Below, piece by piece: positions 33,001 through 39,966 of a stretch of DNA of 64,000 nucleotides. The DNA lies in the NCBI GenBank assembly GCA_937625935.1, contig OW569360.1, positions 62,001-126,000 on the forward strand, read 5' to 3'. Numbering within the stretch: position 1 is the stretch's first letter; each line of letters begins with the position of its first letter. A program made the position numbers and the translations under genes. The DNA is from Tetramitus jugosus (lineage: Eukaryota > Protista > Heterolobosea). Under the pieces are notes generated by a model. It saw only the letters and a list, made by a program, of their open reading frames with translations, had not been told where the DNA came from and searched no databases.

Positions 33001-34354
33001 GGGCAGTATTCAAAATAACAAAGTTGATGAATCCAGTTGTCTCATCATATGAATCAGTAACTTTGTACTGAACATAGTCATCAACATCACTTCCGTGAGT
33101 TGGAGTGTAGAGGAGTGAGTAGACATAAAATGGCAACTCGAACCAAGTGTCACCAGCGTACAAAGCTTGTCTGGATTCCTTGGTTTCGACCAATGAGGCA
33201 GAGCCATAGGTTGGGTTCTGAACAATAGAAGCAGTCAAGATATCGAGATCGTCCAAATCGGAGAACTCTAGAGACACTCTGTTGTCCACAGTGTTCTTGA
33301 CCACATTGACAGTCTTGTTGACAGCCACTGGAGCAGTATTGTACAACTCGAGAGTTGCAAAAGAAGTGCTGTTCAATGGCTCAAAGTCACTAATCTGATA
33401 TTCAATGCTGTCAAAGTATGGATCAGTGTTGGATGAAGCCCAATATACAATTTTGGTGCCGTTGGCATTCAACAAGGCATTACCCTTGGAAAAGCCGACA
33501 TAGGTAATAGTGAGAGCATCGCCATTGACATCATAATCATTGGCCAGGACATCCAAGTCATACACCAAATTCTTTCTCAAACGGAAAGAGTCGACTTGAG
33601 CCACTGGAGCATCATTCTTCAATTGGAAAGTAACAGTACCATTACATGTGCTGTTCTTATCAGTGACATAGTAAACCAAGGATTCACTGAGACCGAACTG
33701 TGCAGCAGGAGTATAGTAGAGAGTCTTGTTATCGAAACGAGCAGATCCACTGACTGATGGTTGATCAACGTTCAACAAGGACAGATCATCACTGTCCACA
33801 TCAGAAATGGAAACACCGCTTTGAGTAATGTCAAACAACTTGTAGGCATTGTCCTTGGAGTTTCTGGAGACATCAAATGCAAAATCAGCACAATCTGGTG
33901 CATGATTCATCACAGTGACATTGACATAGCTCTTGGAGGACAATTTGTCATTGGAGACAGTATACTCGAACATGTCTTGACCAGAATAGACACCATTGCC
34001 ACGATAGGTCAGAGAAACGAAATCAGAATTAATAGAAACAGTACCAAACGTGGGTTGAGTCACCTTGGTAATCTTGAGAGCAGAACCCTTAGGGTCCTTG
34101 TCATTGGCCAGTGGATAAATGCTGAGAGAGTCAGACTTGTAAACAGAAACAATGTCAGGATTCGCAATAGGAGGTTGATAACCAACTCCAGTGCCAATCA
34201 AGATGACAGTAGCTACCGTTGCGGCTATCACAACACTTGTCACAACAATTCCTACGATTGTTTGACCAAGTGTGCCGAGCTTGAGCAGGGAGACGTTGGC
34301 TGCATTGACGCCGACAGTCTGCTGGGTGGACGAAATAATCACGTTATCGTCCAT
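27077..34354 (-). CDS. Giant membrane-anchored adhesin: N-terminal signal anchor, ~20 tandem ~95-aa Ig/cadherin-like (Big_9/tandem-95 type) repeats, vWA domain, beta-rich C-terminal domain
   Basis: 2425-aa intronless ORF. Repeats follow N.APVA.DD...NDxDxDGDxL...Y.P...F.G.DSF.YT.SDG. vWA LDIVFVIDGSGS with MIDAS (GSTN, FDG) at about 27660..28340. Confidence 0.9.
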   Translation of the reverse strand: MDDNVIISSTQQTVGVNAANVSLLKLGTLGQTIVGIVVTSVVIAATVATVILIGTGVGYQPPIANPDIVSVYKSDSLSIYPLANDKDPKGSALKITKVTQPTFGTVSINSDFVSLTYRGNGVYSGQDMFEYTVSNDKLSSKSYVNVTVMNHAPDCADFAFDVSRNSKDNAYKLFDITQSGVSISDVDSDDLSLLNVDQPSVSGSARFDNKTLYYTPAAQFGLSESLVYYVTDKNSTCNGTVTFQLKNDAPVAQVDSFRLRKNLVYDLDVLANDYDVNGDALTITYVGFSKGNALLNANGTKIVYWASSNTDPYFDSIEYQISDFEPLNSTSFATLELYNTAPVAVNKTVNVVKNTVDNRVSLEFSDLDDLDILTASIVQNPTYGSASLVETKESRQALYAGDTWFELPFYVYSLLYTPTHGSDVDDYVQYKVTDSYDETTGFINFVILNTAPVANSDSADCSRNNYVDIDVIANDVDPDGDDMEVVLSGSITTTKGGKVTKISSKVLRYTAPSTFVGADSFTYTMRDVVTTASKAKTATATVSINVYNEAPVANDDTATVVKKNSVTINVLSNDVDPNNDPLTITSVSGPDAGSSVITISSDKKTVQFKADTTVGKVSFTYVVSDDLGLTGTATVAVNIKNTVPVAVNDAVSTFWNRSVSIEPLLNDSDADGDSILVSSFSRPSSGLLTLSGSKFLYIPTSGFVGTDSFTYRITDGVDISTSATVTISVTNTAPIANADTATLHWSVAEGVTIDVLANDSDAQGDSLYVQSVTSPKNGVSSIITLPDGRLGVRYVPTQPFVGTDSFKYTVSDWNKVTDGVVTVTVTNTRPVANNDAYSLHWRTGSLTFNVLTNDKDDDSDSIKIASSSLSTSPSSVGTATIVDAVAGTVRFDVPASLTLGTCSFPYSISDGAQQSTSPATVSVTVTNANKPSATSLSRTIHWRTLQTAGYTEFSPYSSVKDLDGDDLTLTYTSPTNGQVVKNTVSGSPSTLRFSGTSSWKKGSSSFTYTLSDGASTSTSSISVTVYNNAPVAAAIVLELDPQYLNTGIDIDVIAKATDKDSEDSTFLYLKDVKASGPVNGTASVLKGKIHYQPKANCVGTDIYTYTINDELDDATNTIAITVKYTSVQASQKYYTFHWRDIQGGVSLNLTDGMTGVNPLTLTDVSSSPAYTGIAVVEANKQNVTYTPAAKTIGVVKFAVYYTDTITTETITVTITITNTAPTAPNKVVSSHWRSLLTADYGGFDVLTYASDSDSDPITLTSAALVSGPGSLSLSSNKVVYLLGSVNGLYYVGSGDVQFSYTITDQVQSYTALAAVNVTNDAPVPIAQSYNVHWSDYKTGLLLDVISGASDANGDTVTLYSLGTVSPSNAASSLVMQSGKAKVTGTPPASLIGSSFSFAYTVSDGASIAQQTATVSIINEAPVAKTISDSIHWRQTNVAYVVAQTPTDSDTISILSITSNQGSITGRITYSGSTITYNPPSSFTGVEVLTYTISDGIQTAVGQATITVYNTAPVAKSYTTSAHWSTSSSYVFSAKADATDADNLDTNNLTVQSTLVGLSSTMYTVSNGVITLTPSNAIKATGSLTVTYTITDGIAVSQGTIAITFLNIPPVAPSKSISISRVYGQSRYILTGANSLLPSGTVDADSDPLTLSIISGGQLTGTGNDVSVVISEYFASSIQVQYVYNDGLVNSGPATATITFTNAAPVCQPAPISVQKGQTKSVVAVCTDANGDPVTISASNLPSGLTLSGSTFTFVAPTGVKVSYSIPFTGKDGVGATGSNILTISVTSLPPTANDYTWNVAARRDSRTHTLNYLTASGASDPDGDALTFAIVSHTCTGADSVTISGNTLTFVRQYTYSTATCKIMVSTSDPDLSSVTNTVTVVITTSGLNAVGRSITVSNQDGAYFTMTESDIMVNDNDPLGGTIAFDGFYISAADGCSTTPVPANGFCGNVSPTSPSSGTWKLSQASVECQTQRFRYQIHSVQDPSQIGYAILDVRFQNCKCVKPLDIVFVIDGSGSIGSSNFALMRSFMQQIVDPLDVGSGSTQTQIGIVVFDGSIYNILPLTSSKATITNAITNLAYPGGSTNIRSGVLSAERMLTGTNSRGTTVPKMIITIFDGEPNTPCSCSQCSSASYLSTSLCTSTRYPARDCNHCTASGPLKCNPCGDVLSEARRINAKKPGDADGYWRIMSIGVGPYLSNPSAKALIRDLSYNQDLSLSVDWNQLSTVVSTIQSQSCDLIDTAVASNTYTEGTDIFAYCGQIVGISTGTYQWYVADASTAMTYASNSFNSSDSRATLFQVVCNNFGTKINYQSSTVASFALWSLQTEKYVVRSSTKFYANGASPQYFNMRTSTSALVGTPVPTFVSMYLQVSDGYYITNSPLTASTSSATYFMLYSVSYNDIAYTTGLRSAATFPVPITDTTKYGAV

Positions 34355-34734
34355 GGCTTAAAAATGGGGTAAAGTACAACTAACTAAATCAGAACAAAGT
34401 AATTCGTTATCTGCTTTGCAGTATTTAACAGGAAGAGAGCCTCAAAAAGATTTTCTTGGTTTGTGTATGTTGTTGTTGGATGGTGAATAGAGAAAATCTT
34501 TGAGAATTCCAGTTGACGGTTGGCTTTTGAAGTGTGCAACTTCAACAACTTGGTTGGCTCGCGCTTTCGACAGGTTTAAGGTCGATTGGTCTGTGAAAGG
34601 TCATGACATACGGAATTTTTTTTTTGACGTTTGAAGCATTCCATCGCGCTTCTAAGCCTTTCCTTTGAGCTTTCGAAAGGAATCGCCCAATTTCGTCGCG
34701 CATTCGAAAGAATCTATCATTTCCTAATAAAGAT

Positions 34735-36537
34735 TCAGTGCGACGGAATGTATGGAAAAGCATCAGCGCATATGGGTGGTATGCTTGTATGGAATGGAGT
34801 CTGGTCAATGTGGATAGGCAAGTTTCTTTGGGCAATCCAATAGGTTTTTGCACCATGAACCTGCCTGGCAGTTTCCACAAAGCTAGACCCAAATGAACCC
34901 ATTATGTAGTGTGCCCTTGAAAGAGCAACCCAGTTTGCCACTGCATCGTCCATGCTGGTTGCGTTGTAGTTCGAATGGCCAATTTGGGAAGGCGGAAGAT
35001 AATACAGAAGCTTCTTGTTCAGTTTCTGCTCGAGGGGTTCAATGAGTCGTGCGAACAGAGTTACGATTGTCGGGTTGTCTGTCGTTAGGAATGAGACTGC
35101 AGATAGCGAGGCAGCAGAACTGGCTTCCAATATTCGCCTCAAGCATAGAGCCATTCTACCACTTGTTGGTAAGGAGATAAAGCGTGAAGACAGCCTGTGG
35201 TCATCCGTATCAACAATACCACTTCGAATTTGCACACCGTACACTGTGCTGACACTCTTGAATACTTTTGTGATTTCGGAGAGCTTGTCTTCAACCAGTT
35301 GAGATGGCTGGTCAAAGCTAAAGTAACGATACACTAGATTCCAATCGGGGTCAGAATTGAACCTTTGGAACGTGGACTTTGTTGAAGGATTAACAGCCAA
35401 CATCTCGTGCAACGGAGAGTATGTAACAATGTGCATACATGGATACTTTAGGATAGAGTCGATTGGCTTTGACTTTAGGTGCTCTCTATTCTGTTCACAC
35501 TCTGGACAGTTGTGTAACCGATAAATGTAACAACTCTCAACTAAAGATTCCCTTGGTACATTCCAATTTGAATATTTCGTCTTCGAACGAAAATATCTCT
35601 CCAAAGTAACATATGGCATGTTCAAGTACAAAACTCTTCCTGTGATCATGGCAAGGTATAATGAACTCGTAATCGACCTTACCATGTTGCCCCATCCTTC
35701 AACAGGTGTCACCATTAGCACTGAAGCTGTCATCTCATTACCGTTAGCATATAACTTTGTTTGGTGAGAATGAAATTGGATGTAGGCATCCAGCGCTTCT
35801 TGCATGTTCGAATAGTGTCGCAACCGATAAGAATCCAAATTGCTCCATTGACTATTCTCCAATAGCTCTTGACTGTTTCGCGCCAATGAAACCCGATCAC
35901 TCGTGCCATTCAAAAAAGTGTCCGTGAACCTTAATAATGCTGGAACGAGTTTGTTTACTGCCTCTTCACTTGCTTGCAATCGATCATCAAGGTTCGGTAT
36001 CTTCATGGGTCGTACATGGAATGGAAACGGATCGGCCATCCCTCTTTCCACACTTCTCTTTGTCGGTATTCGATTTACAAATTGTTTAGTGTTCTCGTCA
36101 AACACGTTTATCGGAGGATAGTTATCATACATGTTTCGCTTGCGCTTACTACCAAAGAGACTGAATGGCCACCACGAATTTGACCGAGATGATCCTCCTG
36201 TTTCTTCAATGATATGTTCACTGCCATTAGTGTTCTCACTCATCAACACCAGAAAGACCAAAAACACGAGGTAAAGGAGAAAAACAATCATGAAGAGCCA
36301 TAGGATCTTGCAAGAGGACGGTGTTAAAAAACCACAACAATCACCAAAACCGGAACAACACCTCTTGTTGTGACGATTCTTTGACAGTGGTTGTTTGTGC
36401 AGTCGTGGACTCTCGTTGTGACGTTGTGTCAATCGATTGGACAACGTTGTTTTCTTCTTGATTTTGAGTAGGTCACCCTTTGTGCGATAAGGCACTACCA
36501 GTGATGCAGGATCGTCACTGTTGGTCATGGGCAGCAT
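34735..36537 (-). CDS. Golgi type II membrane fucosyltransferase (GT-B, alpha-1,2/1,6/O-FucT superfamily)
   Basis: N-terminal TM. Motifs EGWGNMVRS..S..LA..TGRVL, YGVQIRSG (GDP-Fuc-binding Arg), FLTTDN and W..LS...Y.MGSFGSSF. Confidence 0.8.
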   Translation of the reverse strand: MLPMTNSDDPASLVVPYRTKGDLLKIKKKTTLSNRLTQRHNESPRLHKQPLSKNRHNKRCCSGFGDCCGFLTPSSCKILWLFMIVFLLYLVFLVFLVLMSENTNGSEHIIEETGGSSRSNSWWPFSLFGSKRKRNMYDNYPPINVFDENTKQFVNRIPTKRSVERGMADPFPFHVRPMKIPNLDDRLQASEEAVNKLVPALLRFTDTFLNGTSDRVSLARNSQELLENSQWSNLDSYRLRHYSNMQEALDAYIQFHSHQTKLYANGNEMTASVLMVTPVEGWGNMVRSITSSLYLAMITGRVLYLNMPYVTLERYFRSKTKYSNWNVPRESLVESCYIYRLHNCPECEQNREHLKSKPIDSILKYPCMHIVTYSPLHEMLAVNPSTKSTFQRFNSDPDWNLVYRYFSFDQPSQLVEDKLSEITKVFKSVSTVYGVQIRSGIVDTDDHRLSSRFISLPTSGRMALCLRRILEASSAASLSAVSFLTTDNPTIVTLFARLIEPLEQKLNKKLLYYLPPSQIGHSNYNATSMDDAVANWVALSRAHYIMGSFGSSFVETARQVHGAKTYWIAQRNLPIHIDQTPFHTSIPPICADAFPYIPSH

Positions 36538-36588
36538 TTTCTCTATTGGTTCATTCGAAGCTTACAATGTCTTTTAAGAGAAGAGATT

Positions 36589-36643
36589 TTTCGCGCTTTT
36601 TTGTTTTTTGATTTTTCGGCGAAAAGAGAACCGATTTTGGCGC
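36589..36643 (+). promoter_or_regulatory. Two E2F-like TTTSSCGC elements upstream of coilin
   Basis: TTTCGCGC at 36589 and TTTGGCGC at 36636. The same motif occurs in other 5' intergenic gaps. Confidence 0.35.
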
Positions 36644-36651
36644 CGAAGAAA

Positions 36652-37902
36652 ATGGTGAGAATCAAGCTGTGGTTTGAATTTGATTTGTTGAACAAGGAAT
36701 TGAAGTCATGTCCTCACGAGGCTGACATTATGAGAAAGTGTTGGTTCGTCGTGGAGGGAGAAACGATACAGCTTTACTCGCTTAAAATTTCTGACTTGCA
36801 CGAGATGATTTCTGCTCAGTTTGCTCACTTGCTGTCTCCTCAAGATGATCCTTGTTCTTTTGTTTTGGTGTTGGATGATTTTGTATTGCCTCCTTCACAA
36901 AGCTTACAATTGCTGCGCGATGGTGATTTGATTGTTGTAAAGAAGATGAAATTGATGTTTGATTTGCATCACGTCGATTCTAAGAAGCGGTCATCCAAGA
37001 AGAAGAGAAAGTCAACCAGCAACCACAAAAAAGACTCGAAGAAACGAAAAAGGAAAAAGTCTGCCAAGAAGGAGGAGTATTCCTCTGATTCAGCAGAGTC
37101 AACATCCTCAAGCAGCTCAAGTGACGATTCGGAGCCTGAAACAGCATCGTCGAACAAGCCCAAGGGAGATGACCACGTTAGATCAGCTGAAGAGAAGAAG
37201 CAAGGAGAGTTCAATTCTCTAGAAAATTCTTTTCAAGGAGAGGAATCCCATCGAAGAAGTACACCACGGAACGATCGTTATAAGAAAAGACCTGTTGTTG
37301 AACGGTCCTCACATTTGACGGAGGAACAGCAAGAACATCATACACAACAGAGTAGCATTCTTCAAGATACTCCCGAGAAGGACAGGAGAGCAGAATATCA
37401 AGCAAATAAACGAGTGGCACGTCAGAACAGAGGGAACGCGAGAAGCTATCAGGATGGGCAAAGCTCAGGAGCATCTTCCAATCGAGGCTACTTGGCTAGA
37501 ATTAAACAAGCGTTAAGCAACAATCAGAAGGGAACGCAAGCACCCTCAAGACAAGTAGAGCATGAAGTACCAAAAACTCCAGAGAAGAGGAATTACCAAC
37601 AGGTGATTGAAAGAGATCCAGCAAAGGACGATGTTTTTCTTTTCAGAGCACTGGAGTTGAGTGATAATTTTACTCCAAAGCTATCAGAGATGAAGGAAGC
37701 CAAGGTCGTAAATTACGATAAGGAGACAGATTTAGTGACTCTGCGACAACTTTTTCCTCCATTCGAAGTGCAGAAAGAAATTGATGGGCGTCAAAATCCA
37801 AGTCTGCTCGAAGGAGAAGTGACAGAGGATGAGGTAATGGTGTATGAGAGAAAGTGGGAAAGGATGAAACATCTGGCAATACTCAAACATGACAATAAAT
37901 AA
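36652..37902 (+). CDS. COIL: Coilin (Cajal body scaffold)
   Basis: N-domain MVRIKLWFE...CWF...ISDL...LDDFVLPPSQSLQLLRDGDLIVV, K-rich NLS, and Tudor-like C-domain P..DDVFLFRALELS.NFTP.LSE.KEAKVVNYD. Confidence 0.85.
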   Translation: MVRIKLWFEFDLLNKELKSCPHEADIMRKCWFVVEGETIQLYSLKISDLHEMISAQFAHLLSPQDDPCSFVLVLDDFVLPPSQSLQLLRDGDLIVVKKMKLMFDLHHVDSKKRSSKKKRKSTSNHKKDSKKRKRKKSAKKEEYSSDSAESTSSSSSSDDSEPETASSNKPKGDDHVRSAEEKKQGEFNSLENSFQGEESHRRSTPRNDRYKKRPVVERSSHLTEEQQEHHTQQSSILQDTPEKDRRAEYQANKRVARQNRGNARSYQDGQSSGASSNRGYLARIKQALSNNQKGTQAPSRQVEHEVPKTPEKRNYQQVIERDPAKDDVFLFRALELSDNFTPKLSEMKEAKVVNYDKETDLVTLRQLFPPFEVQKEIDGRQNPSLLEGEVTEDEVMVYERKWERMKHLAILKHDNK

Positions 37903-37920
37903 TTTATGCAAGTTTCGCCA
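37755..37920 (+). repeat. 166-bp direct repeat, copy 1 (coilin 3' end plus the last 17 bp of VPS16)
   Basis: Identical by eye to 39801..39966 (offset 2046). Confidence 0.95.
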
Positions 37921-37971
37921 CCAACACATTGGTAGGCTTAATATTCATGTAATTTGATATCTTGAAAGCAA
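37919..37971 (-). pseudogene. 53-bp remnant of internal VPS16 coding sequence
   Basis: Matches 40997..41049 with 3 substitutions. Confidence 0.85.
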
Positions 37972-38183
37972 TCATTGAACTAACCCAAACTTGAGGCGAT
38001 ATATCCGGTAACCAGATCAGGTCGTCGTTCGGTGACCACTAAACACACTTCTCTCAACAAACGGACTGCTTTCATTCGAATACTATGGATTGTTATGCGG
38101 TTTTTTCTTTATTTAATTTTTAGAGCCTTTGTTTCTTATCTGGAGCAAAGCTGTCCTCTTGGTCACGAGGTCTCTTCTCTCTG

Positions 38184-39080
38184 TCATTGTTCCTCTTCGT
38201 CTGAGTCTTCTTCATCATCTGAATAATAGTCATATATTTCCTCTGCATATTGTGCAGTCTTATTGATCATTCGATGAAATTCTTCACTTCCAATCTCAAT
38301 AGGCATCCCAAACGCAAAGCGATCTGTGATATGACTTGGTTCCACAGGGATTTTATTTTCTACCACCCCCTTTTTGACTAAGTTGTCATATATGGTTGAA
38401 TTAATCAGTTGGAACAATTGAATAATCTTGCCTGCACACATCGTAAGAGACAAGGATTTCTCCAGCAATGCTATCGTGTCATGAAGGCATTCTTTTTCTG
38501 TTTGGTCATATCCTCCACGAATTGTAAATGTTCCAATTGTTGTGTATTGTGTTTCACTAAATTGAACTGTATCTAATTGAATATCAAGGGGAGAATCAGT
38601 CATTATCGACATTCTGATTGTTGGAATAGTAGCTACACATTCCATATTGCTTTCCATATCTTCTAATGTATATTCAGACCTCAAGGTGGAATTCAACTTT
38701 TTGATAATCAACTCTTCATCGAACAAATCTTCAAATATTAACATTGTGAAGGCACCAGTATAGAATTCAGATGCTACAAATCTCAACATCCATTTTCCAT
38801 TTCTCTTCTTGAGCCACATATTCTTGCCTGCGAGAACAAGTTGTTGATCTTGGTTGATATCATAAAATTTGTCCACGAACTTGGAGTACTGTCTGTTAAG
38901 AGGAAAGAGACGAACGAGCGTATCAATAGTTTGGAGTGATGCAGAGAAGCGCGTCCTTGCAAATGATACTTCATCCTTGAGGACAAACGATTTGAAAACT
39001 TGTGAAAATGACACGTGCCCCTGCACAATTGGTTCATAGCTCATTTGGTGAGTTTGGTTGGACAATGTTGAAATACCCAT
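38184..39080 (-). CDS. CYTH/thiamine-triphosphatase-like protein with degenerate catalytic motifs
   Basis: FVDKFYD...L....WLKKRNGKWML, FEDL.DE..I, ATIPTIR, LDIQLDTVQF and GKII..F......YD.L parallel THTPA. The ExExK motif is absent. Confidence 0.7.
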   Translation of the reverse strand: MGISTLSNQTHQMSYEPIVQGHVSFSQVFKSFVLKDEVSFARTRFSASLQTIDTLVRLFPLNRQYSKFVDKFYDINQDQQLVLAGKNMWLKKRNGKWMLRFVASEFYTGAFTMLIFEDLFDEELIIKKLNSTLRSEYTLEDMESNMECVATIPTIRMSIMTDSPLDIQLDTVQFSETQYTTIGTFTIRGGYDQTEKECLHDTIALLEKSLSLTMCAGKIIQLFQLINSTIYDNLVKKGVVENKIPVEPSHITDRFAFGMPIEIGSEEFHRMINKTAQYAEEIYDYYSDDEEDSDEEEQ

Positions 39081-39129
39081 TGGGAATTTAGTTATTAATT
39101 TTTTTGTGTTACTTTGTTTTTGAATTTGA

Positions 39130-39622
39130 AGTTCAACTATTAGCCTTGTGAGTCAAGCCAAGGTCACCTTCGACATCAGCATCAAGAAGGAAGGGGAAAC
39201 GTGTGCCCTTGGCTACTAGTACTAACACTGGTCCACCTTCTTTCAAATACCTCACGAGGGTTCAGAGTCTGCAAAGGACGCAGAACTATATTACGATTGG
39301 TGGTTCATTGATCAAACAGCTGTGTACAAAACTGAAAGAGTTGATACTCCTGATGCCAAAGTTTCAATTTATCTACCAACAGATGATATTTGTACAATGA
39401 AATTAGAAATACTTGCCTTAGAACAGCAGATTGATGCCCGTTTTATACACTTTTGTCACAAATAGAGACAAGAATGATTTGGAAAGATTTGTTATGATAC
39501 AAGATGATCACGACAGAGGTACATTCGTATTGATTGGTCGTTATTCGGAAACTGACAAAGCGCACTATCATAAGTTCATCACCGTCATTGATTGTACTCA
39601 TCGCGAGCCGGAGCAAGTATAA
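39130..39622 (+). pseudogene. Probable decayed coding sequence inside the insertion
   Basis: Protein-like frame ...VTFDISIKKEGETCALGY*Y*HWSTFFQIPHEG...ELYYDWWFIDQTAVYKTE... is interrupted by stops and continues in another frame (39431..39622). Confidence 0.3.
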
Positions 39623-39800
39623 CGCCTTTATCGTTCCACAGAACAATTGAATGAATGAGTACGCGAATAAACTTTCCGGCTTTTACAAGGTTTCCTCTGT
39701 TATACACTCATACGACCGCGGATACATCCCATCAGATAGGTTGGCAATGATCATCAGCAAAAGACTCAAGCTTCAACCCATTTTCTAAAGCAGAACTTTA

Positions 39801-39966
39801 TCCTCCATTCGAAGTGCAGAAAGAAATTGATGGGCGTCAAAATCCAAGTCTGCTCGAAGGAGAAGTGACAGAGGATGAGGTAATGGTGTATGAGAGAAAG
39901 TGGGAAAGGATGAAACATCTGGCAATACTCAAACATGACAATAAATAATTTATGCAAGTTTCGCCA
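39801..39966 (+). repeat. 166-bp direct repeat, copy 2 (orphan coilin 3' end abutting the VPS16 stop)
   Basis: Identical by eye to 37755..37920. Confidence 0.95.

Noticed and set aside
37755-39966. 166-bp direct repeats as LTRs or a transposon
   Set aside because: The repeat is host coilin/VPS16 coding sequence. There are no TG...CA ends, PBS, RT, integrase or transposase.
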